This document shows, piece by piece, positions 9,589 to 18,823 of a DNA stretch of 64,000 nucleotides. Numbering within the stretch: the first letter of the stretch is position 1; the number at the start of each line of letters is the position of its first letter. Under the pieces are notes generated by a model that did no database searches, was not told the DNA's origin, and worked only from the letters and a program-made list of their open reading frames with translations. This DNA comes from Actinomycetes bacterium. GTDB taxonomy: Bacteria > Planctomycetota > Phycisphaerae > JAACET01. The translations under genes were made by a program, and so were the position numbers. The stretch spans positions 61,170-125,169 of the forward strand of contig JAUXAG010000001.1 in the NCBI GenBank assembly GCA_030614915.1, written 5' to 3'.

Positions 9589-10206
9589 TTGAACCTTCGG
9601 GTGCTATACAGCGACTATAATAGGGAAGCCTCGGAGGACCATCGTTTGAAGGCCGACAAACAGAAGATTTACCAGGAGTTGCTCGTTCTGCGCTGCAGGC
9701 GCGGAGATAAACAGGCCTTCGCGGGCCTCGTCCGTCTGTGGGAGAAACGTTTATTCTATTATGTGCGACGGCTTGTGAGTACGGAAGAAGATACCTGGGA
9801 TACATTACAGCAAGTATGGGTGAAGGTTCTCATGGGAATCAAATCACTGAAAGACCCGCAAAACCTGCCAGTCTGGCTGTACCGTATTGCCCGGAACACA
9901 GCCCTGAGCCATTTGAGGGAACGCTATAAAGTCCAGGAACATCTAGATGAAGGTTGTGATGTTGGCAACGCCGAAGTGATGGAAGAAGCTCCGTGTTTTG
10001 AAGATGTTGAGTTGGTTCATCACGGCTTGGGCCAAATATCGCTGGCCCACCGAGATGTCTTGACCTTGTACTTCCTCCAGGATCTTTCTATTCAAGAAAT
10101 AGCTGACGTATTGGCCATTCCGCTGGGAACGGTCAAATCACGCCTGTACCACGCTAAGCGTGCTCTCAGGGATGTTTTGGAACGGGGGCATAGCGATCAT
10201 GAATAA
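9589..10206 (+). CDS. ECF-type RNA polymerase sigma factor
   Basis: 205 aa with a TTG start (GTG at 9601 is an alternative). Region 2 (FAGLVRLWEKRLFYYVRRLV...DTLQQVW) and region 4 (SIQEIADVLAIPLGTVKSRLYHAKRAL). Confidence 0.85.
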   Translation: MNLRVLYSDYNREASEDHRLKADKQKIYQELLVLRCRRGDKQAFAGLVRLWEKRLFYYVRRLVSTEEDTWDTLQQVWVKVLMGIKSLKDPQNLPVWLYRIARNTALSHLRERYKVQEHLDEGCDVGNAEVMEEAPCFEDVELVHHGLGQISLAHRDVLTLYFLQDLSIQEIADVLAIPLGTVKSRLYHAKRALRDVLERGHSDHE

Positions 10207-10771
10207 AGCCCGAAAACCATATCCAAAGCGACTGTTAGAACTGGAACAGATAACACCTGCTTTAAAGGAGAAATATGACATGGAACTTCAAGCGATTATA
10301 GAAAAGCCAATCAGAGGCGTTCACAAGTGGGCATGGATCGGATCAACGGTGCTTGGTATTGGATTCATGCTGCTGTTTGGAACGCTGGCTATTATCGCTG
10401 CGGAAATCTCAATTCTCGGTCGGCTCGGGTTTGCTGCTGGGGCAGTGTTTGGCTTGGCTTGGGCGATCATGGGCATAGAGATTCTCAGGAGAGGCTCGAT
10501 CAATCTCAAGACTCATGGGCCGGCCGCCGCAGGAATGGGCTGGGGTCTGACCGTTATTATTGCGACCATTGCTCTCTTGACCATGGGCAATGAACCCCGT
10601 GAGAGTCTCGTAGGCCTGAGGATGTGTCTGGCGGCATTGATATTCCTTGTTATGGCGGCTATGTTCATGATTCAGTCGCGAATTCAACAATCCGAACTAA
10701 AGACTCGTGAGAAGCTCTTGGAAATCGAGTACCGCCTAGCCGAGCTCGCGGAGAGTGTCGGAAAAGACTAA
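10199..10771 (+). CDS. multi-pass membrane protein, putative anti-sigma partner
   Basis: The ATG at 10199 overlaps the sigma stop (ATGA). About 4 TM helices and a C-terminal coiled segment. No homology recognised. Confidence 0.5.
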   Translation: MNKARKPYPKRLLELEQITPALKEKYDMELQAIIEKPIRGVHKWAWIGSTVLGIGFMLLFGTLAIIAAEISILGRLGFAAGAVFGLAWAIMGIEILRRGSINLKTHGPAAAGMGWGLTVIIATIALLTMGNEPRESLVGLRMCLAALIFLVMAAMFMIQSRIQQSELKTREKLLEIEYRLAELAESVGKD

Positions 10772-10825
10772 ACCCGTCAGGATGAACAGCCATAATTCGC
10801 TGCTGCAAAATTAGCCCGCTGAATA

Positions 10826-11746
10826 CTATTTTTTGAGAATTTCCGCCACGGCTCGGATGTGTTCGGGCGTGGAGCCGCAACATCCGCCGACAAAGTCTGC
10901 GCCGGCTTCGACGATTGGCGGTATCTGCTGGGCGAATTCGCTCGGCCCGGCAGAAAAGACTGTCTCGCCTTCGATCAACTTGGGCACACCAGCGTTGGGC
11001 TTGATCCAGAGCGGCCCGGCCCAGATTTTGCGGTAACGCTGGGCCAAACTCACAGCCAAGTCGGGCCCAACGCCGCAATTTGCTCCAAAGGCCACCGGGC
11101 CCAGCGGGGCCAATTGGTCCACGATGCGGCCAGCATCGGCGCCCATGATGGTACGGTCGTTATCAGCGCCGGCGGCGAAGCTGAAGCTCACCACCACCGG
11201 CAGGTCGCAGTTATCCTTGGCAGCTTTAAGGGCGGCTTCGGCCTCGTCCGGGTCGGCAAAGGTCTCCAGGACAATCGCGGCAGCGCCGGCCTCGCCCAGG
11301 GCCTGAATCTGCGGGCCGAAGGCCTTGAGCAAATCATCTTCGCTGACGTCTCCGGTCAGCAGCAACTTGCCCGAAGGCCCTACCGAAGCAAATACCAGCA
11401 CGTCGGACCCCACAGCTTCAGAGGCAATTTCCACCGCGGCCTTGTTCAGCTCAGCGGTGCGATTGGCTAAACCGTGGCTTGCCAATGAAATCGGATTGCC
11501 CTGAAGCGTATTGGTCAGCACTACGCGTGAGCCGGCCTGGGCGTAGGCGGCATGCACTTGGGCCACGGCTTGAGGATTCTCGAGGTTCCAAAGCTCATGG
11601 GCCGTCCCCGCCGGCAAACCCCTGGCGTCCAATTGGGTGCCCATAGCCCCGTCGGTCAGCACCGGCCCGGAAGCACAAAGCTCGCTCAGGTCAATAGCCA
11701 CAGTCAGGTCCTCTGCAAAGTGAGAAGAAACACTCGAAAAGTACAA
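10826..11746 (-). CDS. homocysteine S-methyltransferase domain protein
   Basis: 306 aa. Motifs LTDGAMGTQL, VVLTNT and the C-terminal Zn-ligand motif VGGCCGSTPEHI, typical of the Pfam S-methyl_trans / MetH N-terminal domain. Confidence 0.8.
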   Translation of the reverse strand: MYFSSVSSHFAEDLTVAIDLSELCASGPVLTDGAMGTQLDARGLPAGTAHELWNLENPQAVAQVHAAYAQAGSRVVLTNTLQGNPISLASHGLANRTAELNKAAVEIASEAVGSDVLVFASVGPSGKLLLTGDVSEDDLLKAFGPQIQALGEAGAAAIVLETFADPDEAEAALKAAKDNCDLPVVVSFSFAAGADNDRTIMGADAGRIVDQLAPLGPVAFGANCGVGPDLAVSLAQRYRKIWAGPLWIKPNAGVPKLIEGETVFSAGPSEFAQQIPPIVEAGADFVGGCCGSTPEHIRAVAEILKK

Positions 11747-11817
11747 AGGTATTTTCCCGCCGGGCCGGAGGAATTACAAGACCAAAGCAGGAGTTTGGCG
11801 GCTAAGATTGGCCGGGC

Positions 11818-12756
11818 TTGCCAGATTTGTGCCTATCGGGTATGTTCGGGCGGATGAATGCAGGTTCTAAGAAACTAAACGACGCTCGGGCTGTGGTGGA
11901 CACCTTGCGTCTGGGCGGCGGTTGGCGGGCAAGAGTACTGTTGCGCTACTGCGACCCTGGGGGGTTATTGCCGCGGGCTTGGCCCGAGGTGAGCACAGAG
12001 GATTGGCTGAAAGTCCTGGCCAACCCGGCGGAGTTGCTCTACTGCGGTCCGGATACCCAACTGCTGCGGGAGGGACACAGCTCCCGCGTCCTGCGGCGGT
12101 GCCTGGAGCTGGGGGGGGTTGAGCTGGAGGTTTTCTGCAAGCAATCTCGGCGGCGCAACCTGCTGCGTAAAGCTATCGGTCTGTTGCGTCGGACGCGATC
12201 GAGTTGGAACTGGAAGATCGGCTGGTCCTTATTGGCGGCGGGAGTTCCCACGGCCTTGCCTCTGGCGGTCTTTGAAAAACGCCTGGCCGGCCTGAGAGTG
12301 GCCGCCGGCATCATTACCCAGAGTCTTTTGCCGGGCAAGACCCTGGAGGAATTCGTCTGCCAGGACGGCGGGGACTTGAACCGGCGCGAATTAGAACATT
12401 TGACCAAAGATTTGGCGGGGCTGTTTGGTCGACTGCACGAACACCACTTTTTCCACCGAGACCTCAAGGGTATAAATATTTTCGTTCACTTCGACCAGAG
12501 GCGAAGGCCGCACCTTTATCTGCTCGATCTTGACGGCTGTCGGGCGAACGGCCGAGGCTATCTCAAAAAGGTGAAGTCGCTGGGGCGTTTGGCCCGGGCT
12601 TCTTTAGACTGGCCTGTAGTGAGCCGGACGGCGCGATTGCGGTTCCTCAAGGCCTATCTGGAATGTTCCGGCCATTCATCGGGCCAGTGGAAAAGCTTCT
12701 GGCGGAGCATCGACCGTCAGGTTCGGCGCAAGTTTCGTCGGCAGGATAGAAGATGA
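11818..12756 (+). CDS. lipopolysaccharide kinase (Kdo/WaaP) family protein
   Basis: 312 aa (TTG at 11818, with alternative ATGs at 11842 and 11854). Kinase catalytic loop HRDLKGINIFV and YLLDLDG. 4-nt overlap with the downstream GT9 gene. Confidence 0.7.
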   Translation: MPDLCLSGMFGRMNAGSKKLNDARAVVDTLRLGGGWRARVLLRYCDPGGLLPRAWPEVSTEDWLKVLANPAELLYCGPDTQLLREGHSSRVLRRCLELGGVELEVFCKQSRRRNLLRKAIGLLRRTRSSWNWKIGWSLLAAGVPTALPLAVFEKRLAGLRVAAGIITQSLLPGKTLEEFVCQDGGDLNRRELEHLTKDLAGLFGRLHEHHFFHRDLKGINIFVHFDQRRRPHLYLLDLDGCRANGRGYLKKVKSLGRLARASLDWPVVSRTARLRFLKAYLECSGHSSGQWKSFWRSIDRQVRRKFRRQDRR

Positions 12757-13814
12757 GCACATTAAGGGCGGCACAATTTCGGAAGATTCTGCTTATCAAG
12801 CCCAGTTCGCTGGGAGATTGTCTGCAGGCCCTGCCGGTGCTCAACGCCCTGCGCAAGGCCCTGCCCGTTGCCAAGATTGTTTGGCTGATCAACCGGGAAT
12901 ATGCCGATCTTCTCAGGGGGCACCCGGCTCTGGACGGCCTGATCCTCTTTCACAGAGAATATTTTCGCCTTGGGCATGGCGATCTTTCGTGCGTGAAGGA
13001 AGTGTTCGAGCTTGCCAGGAAGCTCCGGGGCCAGCGATTCGACCTGGTAATCGACCTTCAGGGGTTGTTTCGCTCGGCGCTAATGTCGTATGGCACGGGC
13101 GCTGGTGTGCGTATGGGGCTTTGGGACGCCCGGGAGTGGGCCGGAGCATTTTACACCCATCGGGTCGAACTGCAGCCGACGGACACCCACGCAGTGGATC
13201 GCTATATGCGCTGCCTGGAGATGCTGGGCATTACTTGGAAAAAGCCCGACTTTTGGCTGCCCATTGATCCCCGAGCCGTCGGCGAAGTGAATCGAATGCT
13301 CGAGAGGGCCCAGCTGGGCTCTTCGCAGAGGTTCGTGCTGGTTGTTCCCGGGGCCCGCTGGCAGAGCAAGCGTTGGCCAGCCGAACGATTCGCCAAGGTG
13401 ATCGATCGGATTCAAGATGAGCTGTCGCTGCCCTGCGTGCTGGCCGGGGCCGGCGGCGAGGTGGGGCTTTGCCGCGAGATCGCCGGCGGGTGTAAATCAA
13501 AGCCATTACCATTAAACCTTGCCGGTGAAACTTCTTTGGTTCAATTGGCAGCTCTGATAAGCCGCTGCGAACTTGTGCTGGGGCACGATTCGGGTACGAT
13601 TCACCTGGCGGTGGCCCTGGGCAAGCCTTTGACCTGCATTATCGGGCCGACCGATCCGAATCGCACCGGGCCCTACGGCCGGAGCGACTCGATTGTCAGA
13701 GTAGAAGTGCCGTGTGCTCCATGCCGCCTGAGCGTATGTACGGACAACAAGTGCATGAACTTGATAAGCGTCGAGAGTGTTTTTGCCAAAGTTAGAAGCC
13801 TTCTTGGCGGATGA
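12753..13814 (+). CDS. glycosyltransferase family 9 (heptosyltransferase-like)
   Basis: 353 aa. ILLIKPSSLGDCLQALPVL N-terminus and the GHDSGTIHLAVALGKP motif characteristic of GT9. Confidence 0.85.
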   Translation: MSTLRAAQFRKILLIKPSSLGDCLQALPVLNALRKALPVAKIVWLINREYADLLRGHPALDGLILFHREYFRLGHGDLSCVKEVFELARKLRGQRFDLVIDLQGLFRSALMSYGTGAGVRMGLWDAREWAGAFYTHRVELQPTDTHAVDRYMRCLEMLGITWKKPDFWLPIDPRAVGEVNRMLERAQLGSSQRFVLVVPGARWQSKRWPAERFAKVIDRIQDELSLPCVLAGAGGEVGLCREIAGGCKSKPLPLNLAGETSLVQLAALISRCELVLGHDSGTIHLAVALGKPLTCIIGPTDPNRTGPYGRSDSIVRVEVPCAPCRLSVCTDNKCMNLISVESVFAKVRSLLGG

Positions 13815-13831
13815 GAACCGAGCGGTAGAGC

Positions 13832-14437
13832 ATGGCCCGTAAAAGCCTGTATCGGCGGATACTCTTCTTTGTGGTTCACCATATCCTGCACACGGACGAT
13901 ACGCCCAGCCGCATCGCCCGGGGTGTAGCAATCGGGATGTTCATAGCCTGGCTGCCGCTGATCGGCCTGCAAATGCTGCTGGTGTTGGGGTTGAGCTTTA
14001 TTTTCCGGGCCAACAAGGTAGTGGGCCTGCCGATAGTGTGGATATCCAATCCTTTCACGCTGGGTCCGATTTATTATCCGAGCTATCTGCTGGGCTCAGC
14101 CATGCTCAAACTGCAGCCGGTCAGTATAGAGGACCTTGAGCAGCGTTTTGCGGCGGTGTCTTATTTGCCGTGGGCCGGGCGATTGAAAGAACTTGCAGAT
14201 CTGTTGTTCGGGGAGATTTACTACCGGACGTTTATTGGCTCGCTGGTAACGGGGGCCATCATGGCCGTGGGTACATATTTCCTGACGGTCCGGGCGGTGA
14301 AACGTCATCGGCAACGCAGGATCGCCCGGCGGGCCCGTAAGCTTAGCAAACTCGCCCAGCGGAACATACACACATCATCTGGAGAGAATAATCAAGAGGC
14401 AGCCGAGCCCGAGCAATCGAAGTCAAAAGGAGGTTAG
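13832..14437 (+). CDS. DUF2062 domain membrane protein
   Basis: 201 aa. Motif TPSRIARGVAIGMFIAWLPLIGLQMLL...ANKVVGLPIVWISNPFT. Confidence 0.75.
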   Translation: MARKSLYRRILFFVVHHILHTDDTPSRIARGVAIGMFIAWLPLIGLQMLLVLGLSFIFRANKVVGLPIVWISNPFTLGPIYYPSYLLGSAMLKLQPVSIEDLEQRFAAVSYLPWAGRLKELADLLFGEIYYRTFIGSLVTGAIMAVGTYFLTVRAVKRHRQRRIARRARKLSKLAQRNIHTSSGENNQEAAEPEQSKSKGG

Positions 14438-14585
14438 CCCGGATATTGCACAAGAACGCCCTCGATAACAAAATCCTTGACTGGTCAAGATGATTTTGGC
14501 AAAATTGTTGCCGTCGTACGGAGAAGATTATGTTTTCTAAGCGTGTACGTGTATATGGGAAATCCCAGATTAGAGGAGCTTTACC

Positions 14586-15908
14586 ATGAGAAAAATCAGT
14601 TTGTTTTTGGTTGTGTTTTTTATTTGCTCGATTACTTCGCTTCGGGCGGCTGATGACGGTAAGCTTGCAAAAAGTTACAAACAGATCGAGTTCAAAAAGC
14701 TCGAACGTGCAAAACCCAAAATGGATGGTAAAGCTATCACGATGGAGGTTGGTTTAGGACCAATTTCCCAACGTCCGAGCCTGTTGGTGCATAAGGGTAT
14801 TGACCCGCGTAAATATGTCACTATTGAAATTCGCGTGCCCGGCAAAACCAAAGAAGACGAAAAAGGCAAAATCGACGCTTACATCCTCAAGGATTCCAAA
14901 GTTCTGAAAATGTATAACGACTATGGCACCGGAACCCAACTGAGAAAGACCTGGCAAAAGGATAATGCTGTTACCGTTTGGGGCACGATTCACCATGTCT
15001 TGCCCGATGAACGTTTCCCGGTGGTGCTGGTGATAGATAAAATCGAGCCGACCCTACCCAGGCCTAAAGGCAATCTAAGATATTCTATCACGGTATCGAA
15101 ATTCGAAAACAAGGCCAACTGGTCTGGTAGCTGGCGCCTCGGGGACGGTTTTACGGAGATTATGACCAATGCCCTGCATGAAACCGGCTGGTTCATTGTC
15201 CTGGGCGATAAAGAAATGCGATCTGAGGCTATGCAGGAGCAGGATTTCGCTGCCAGTGGTCGGGCCGCGGGCGGGAAAAAAGCACCTAAAATGTCCCGCA
15301 TGACTCCCGCTCAATTACTTGTCAAAGGCGCCATTACCCACGTTCAGCACGAAACCTCAGGAGGCGGCGGTGGGCTTAGTTTTAGGGGTATTTCTGTGGG
15401 CGGTTCAAAGGGCAAAGCCGAGGTCAATATTACCATTTATCTGGTCGATTCGGAGACTGGACAGGTAAAGGCATCTACCAAGGTTATTGGTAAGTCGCAC
15501 AGAAAACGTGGCAGACTGGGTTTTTATCGCGGCGGATTTGGCGGAAGTGGAAGGGCGTACAAAAATGATAATATGGGCAAAGCATGTGAAGACGCTGTGG
15601 CTCAAGCGGTTTATTTTCTCATCGAACAACTTGAGGACATCCCCTGGGAAGGAACGGTGCTTCTTGCCAAGAGCGACAAAATAATGATAAACCGCGGCTC
15701 GCGAGAAGGAGTTAAAGTTGGCGCTGTGTTCGTCGTTGGCGGTATTGAAGAAATTGTTGACGAAGATACCGGCGAGGTCCTCGACTCCGAAATGACCCAG
15801 GTCGGCAAACTTGAGGTTACCACAGTTAAGGAAAAAATCGCCTACTGCAAAGCCCTCGAGGGTGGTGACGCGATCAAAAAAGGAATGACTATACTCATCC
15901 CGGAGTAA
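14586..15908 (+). CDS. CsgG/HfaB-family lipoprotein-like protein with about 170-aa N-terminal extension
   Basis: 440 aa. Signal peptide; GAGGAG SD. CsgG-like core (FENKANW...GDGFTEIMTNALHETGWFIVL...LLVKGAITHV...EVNITIYLVDSETGQVKAS) and a C-terminal beta domain. Confidence 0.65.
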   Translation: MRKISLFLVVFFICSITSLRAADDGKLAKSYKQIEFKKLERAKPKMDGKAITMEVGLGPISQRPSLLVHKGIDPRKYVTIEIRVPGKTKEDEKGKIDAYILKDSKVLKMYNDYGTGTQLRKTWQKDNAVTVWGTIHHVLPDERFPVVLVIDKIEPTLPRPKGNLRYSITVSKFENKANWSGSWRLGDGFTEIMTNALHETGWFIVLGDKEMRSEAMQEQDFAASGRAAGGKKAPKMSRMTPAQLLVKGAITHVQHETSGGGGGLSFRGISVGGSKGKAEVNITIYLVDSETGQVKASTKVIGKSHRKRGRLGFYRGGFGGSGRAYKNDNMGKACEDAVAQAVYFLIEQLEDIPWEGTVLLAKSDKIMINRGSREGVKVGAVFVVGGIEEIVDEDTGEVLDSEMTQVGKLEVTTVKEKIAYCKALEGGDAIKKGMTILIPE

Positions 15909-16075
15909 CTAGAAGTCATCCCAAGACCTGCTTTCGTGGCGAGAACGAGCAATTTTGTCGGCTGGCAAGAAACGAAAACGATACATATTTGGAGAATATA
16001 TTGAGTTTGAGAGACGCAGCCAGACGACAAAAGGGCCGTTCGCAGCAGAAATTGGGGTTTTGGGATGGCTTCTAA
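15909..16075 (+). mobile_element. MITE-like element, copy A (159-bp core flanked by CTAG/CTAA)
   Basis: Terminal inverted repeats AAGTCATCCCAAGACC / GGTTTTGGGATGGCTT. Reverse-complement homolog at 25783-25982. A paralogous uninterrupted site exists at 17274-17277 (CTAC). Confidence 0.75.
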
Positions 16076-16095
16076 TATTTTGAAAATAAAGCAGA

Positions 16096-16209
16096 GCCCG
16101 GCGGGCCCATAAGCTTAGCAAACTCAGCGAGCAAGGCACCCACATATCGTCCGGGGAGGATGATCAGACGACGAGCCCCGCCCAACAGCCAGAGTCGAAA
16201 GTGGGTTAG
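16096..16209 (+). pseudogene. diverged duplicate of the DUF2062 gene 3' end (37 codons + stop)
   Basis: Translates to ARRAHKLSKLSEQGTHISSGEDDQTTSPAQQPESKVG*, versus ARRARKLSKLAQRNIHTSSGENNQEAAEPEQSKSKGG* for the authentic gene tail (14324-14437). The first 30 or so nt are nearly identical. An upstream in-frame TAA shows it is a remnant. Confidence 0.7.
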
Positions 16210-16235
16210 CCTGGGGATTGAAAGGTAGGTGTAAA

Positions 16236-17129
16236 ATGATAACTAGGAAAATTACAATGTTCGTTTTGGTTATCGCGTGCCTCTCATTAGTCCAAAGCAT
16301 GACGTCTGGTACAAGCCCTGAAGCTTCAGAAACAGAAAAGCAGGAATATAGACAAGAATGGGCACGTATAAAAGCCTTGGAAAAATCTTTCACTCCCGGG
16401 CCAACAAATGACCTTAAGAAATACGAAAAATTTGCAGATGAAATCCAGAATAAATGGAAAGATAGAAACAAAGAATACTATGCTCGTTTAATGTTGGAAG
16501 TTTGTAAACCACTTAGTTCCGGAAACTTCAAGGATGATCGACGGCATAAACTTGCAAGAAAATATGCCCTATTGGCCCTAAATAAACCAGAGGATATCCC
16601 AGTCAGGCTCGAATTAGAGCTAACAGGGCATGTGATGACTTTTATGATTGGACCTAAGTCCCCTAAGGGTGCAGATTTTGCGCAACGCAGAAAGAAAGAT
16701 GTCGAGATACGACTCCATGCCTGGAAGCGGCTACTTGATGCCATTGATCCAGATTGGGATCCTAACGAGACAGTGTATATCAATGTTCCTTTGCCGCCCG
16801 GCGCTATGGGAGCGGCTGGTATGTCACCCGAGCATATTAAAGACCCAGCTCTCCGTGCCAAATACGAAGCAGCTATAGAAAATAATAGACAAAAAGCAGA
16901 AAGGCAAATAAAGCAAGATAGGTTGCACAAGTGGCTGAAGAGGTTTCCAAAGCGTGCGGAGCGCTATATCATTCGGGCATACTCCAAGCCCCCATTCAAT
17001 CTTGAAGAGCTGAAACAATATCTCAATAAATATATAGCCGACGAGAAAACAAGAGCTAGACTATTGGATGCTGTGACAAAGAACGTGGCAGAGCAGACCA
17101 AAGAAGCAGCAGAGGAACCAAAAGAATGA
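16236..17129 (+). CDS. hypothetical secreted Lys/Glu-rich protein
   Basis: The ATG at 16236 is preceded by AGGTAGGTG. Signal-peptide-like MITRKITMFVLVIACLSLVQS. No recognisable domain. AT-rich relative to the flanks. Confidence 0.55.
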   Translation: MITRKITMFVLVIACLSLVQSMTSGTSPEASETEKQEYRQEWARIKALEKSFTPGPTNDLKKYEKFADEIQNKWKDRNKEYYARLMLEVCKPLSSGNFKDDRRHKLARKYALLALNKPEDIPVRLELELTGHVMTFMIGPKSPKGADFAQRRKKDVEIRLHAWKRLLDAIDPDWDPNETVYINVPLPPGAMGAAGMSPEHIKDPALRAKYEAAIENNRQKAERQIKQDRLHKWLKRFPKRAERYIIRAYSKPPFNLEELKQYLNKYIADEKTRARLLDAVTKNVAEQTKEAAEEPKE

Positions 17130-17168
17130 GGTGCGAGGGTATAGGCAGGCGCAAACAGCGGATATCGC

Positions 17169-17273
17169 GGCAAACTTGAGGTTACCACAGTTAAGGAAAA
17201 AATCGCCTACTGCAAAGCCATCGAGGGTGGTGACGCGATCAAAAAAGGAATGACTATACTCATCCCGGAGTGA
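17169..17273 (+). pseudogene. near-identical duplicate of the CsgG-like gene 3' end (34 codons + stop)
   Basis: 17168-17275 matches 15803-15910 with 2 mismatches. It encodes GKLEVTTVKEKIAYCKAIEGGDAIKKGMTILIPE* and has no upstream gene body. Confidence 0.8.
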
Positions 17274-17320
17274 CTACTATTTTGAAAATAAAGCAGAGCC
17301 CGACAATTTCAAATCAGTTC

Positions 17321-18583
17321 TCATCTTCCCCCCAGCAAGGCCCGGCGGAGGCAGTCCAAGGCGGCATGGCTGGCTCTTAGCCTGATGTGCTGACGATCGC
17401 CAGTGAATCGACACTCCTGAACGTCGATATCTACGGGCTTGCCGGATGAGTCTTTCCGAGCGAGGGCGATAAAGATAAGTCCAACGGGTTTTTCGCTCGT
17501 GCCGCCGTCGGGGCCGGCAATTCCGGTAACGGCCAAGGCCCAGTCGGCCCCGGTGCGGGCAATGGCCCCGGCGGCCATCGCTCGGGCACAGTCGGCGCTG
17601 ACGGCCCCATGCTTTTCCAGAATCTTCTCGGGCACCCCCAGCAACTGAATCTTAGCCTGGTTGGCGTAAGTGACCAAATCAGCCAGTAGAAACTTGCTGG
17701 CTCCGGGCACATCGGTCAGGAGTTTTCCAATCAGTCCGCCCGTGCAGGACTCGGCCAGAGCCAAGCTCTGGTTTTTGCGGACCAGCAGTTCGCCGAGGAC
17801 CTGGGCGAGGGTCTGCTGATCCCGGCCGAAGAGGAATTGGCCCAATCGCGAGCAAATCCGGCGGCTCTTCTCGTCCAGCAACTCCAAGGCGGCCGCGGGC
17901 GAATCTGCCCTGGCGGTGATGCCAACGGTGATGACCCCATCCTTGGCGGTGATGCCGACCTGGGGATTTTCCGGGCGGGCCATGAGGTCTTTTATCAGGC
18001 TGAAAATATCCGATTCGCCGGCCCCGCAGCAGTGCAGACTCCTGGAGACGATAGCCGATTCGGCCAATCCCAGCCGCCGAAGCTCCGGCTCGATGCGATC
18101 GGAGAACATGGCCCGCATTTCGTGAGGCACGCCGGGCAGAGCGAAAATGTGCGTTTGACCCAGCTTTGCGGCGATTCCCGGGGCAGTGCCCCAAGGGTTT
18201 TCGATGGTACGGGCAGTCGCTGGTATCATGGCCTGAACGCGGTTGACAGGGCTCATGGGGCGTTTGAGGCGGGCGAAGTGCTGCTCGATCTGCTCCAGGG
18301 CAGGCTGATCCAATTGCAGGGGGCTGGCCAGGGCTTCTGACAGAGCGTACCTGGTGATATCGTCGGCGGTAGGGCCCAGGCCGCCGGTCAGCAGCACGAG
18401 CCCAGAACTGGCAGAGAGGCTTTTAATGGCCTGGGCCAGGCGGCCGGGGCTGTCCCCGAGAACCAGGTGGGTTTGGACGGCTATACCGATTTTGGCCAAT
18501 TTCCGAGCTAGGAAGGGAAAATTGGTGTCGGGCACTTGGCCGGAGAGTATTTCATCGCCCTGGGAGATGATTGCCGCAGACAT
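17321..18583 (-). CDS. cinA: CinA family protein (MoCF-type domain + nicotinamide-nucleotide amidohydrolase PncC domain)
   Basis: 420 aa. N-terminal AAIISQGDEILSGQVPDTNF...LLTGGLGPTADD and C-terminal ESCTGGLIGKLLTDVPGAS...TGIAGP. Confidence 0.9.
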   Translation of the reverse strand: MSAAIISQGDEILSGQVPDTNFPFLARKLAKIGIAVQTHLVLGDSPGRLAQAIKSLSASSGLVLLTGGLGPTADDITRYALSEALASPLQLDQPALEQIEQHFARLKRPMSPVNRVQAMIPATARTIENPWGTAPGIAAKLGQTHIFALPGVPHEMRAMFSDRIEPELRRLGLAESAIVSRSLHCCGAGESDIFSLIKDLMARPENPQVGITAKDGVITVGITARADSPAAALELLDEKSRRICSRLGQFLFGRDQQTLAQVLGELLVRKNQSLALAESCTGGLIGKLLTDVPGASKFLLADLVTYANQAKIQLLGVPEKILEKHGAVSADCARAMAAGAIARTGADWALAVTGIAGPDGGTSEKPVGLIFIALARKDSSGKPVDIDVQECRFTGDRQHIRLRASHAALDCLRRALLGGR

Positions 18584-18823
18584 AGCCGATGCTCCAGAGG
18601 CCCGTAAAAACCACAGAAATACACTCTTGGAGGCAGCCGGTCAAGCCGCAGCGGTTCCGGCTGGGCTGAACTTTGCAAAGTCTGGGCTCCGGCGAGCATT
18701 TTTTGGTTGAAAGATTGTCCTGGAAAGGCCATATTATACAGAAGCCGGGCTGAAAATTCCAGCCGGGCTCTGACCGGTAGTTTGCGTGCCTTTGGTCGAT
18801 AAGCTCAAATTAAGGATGTATCC

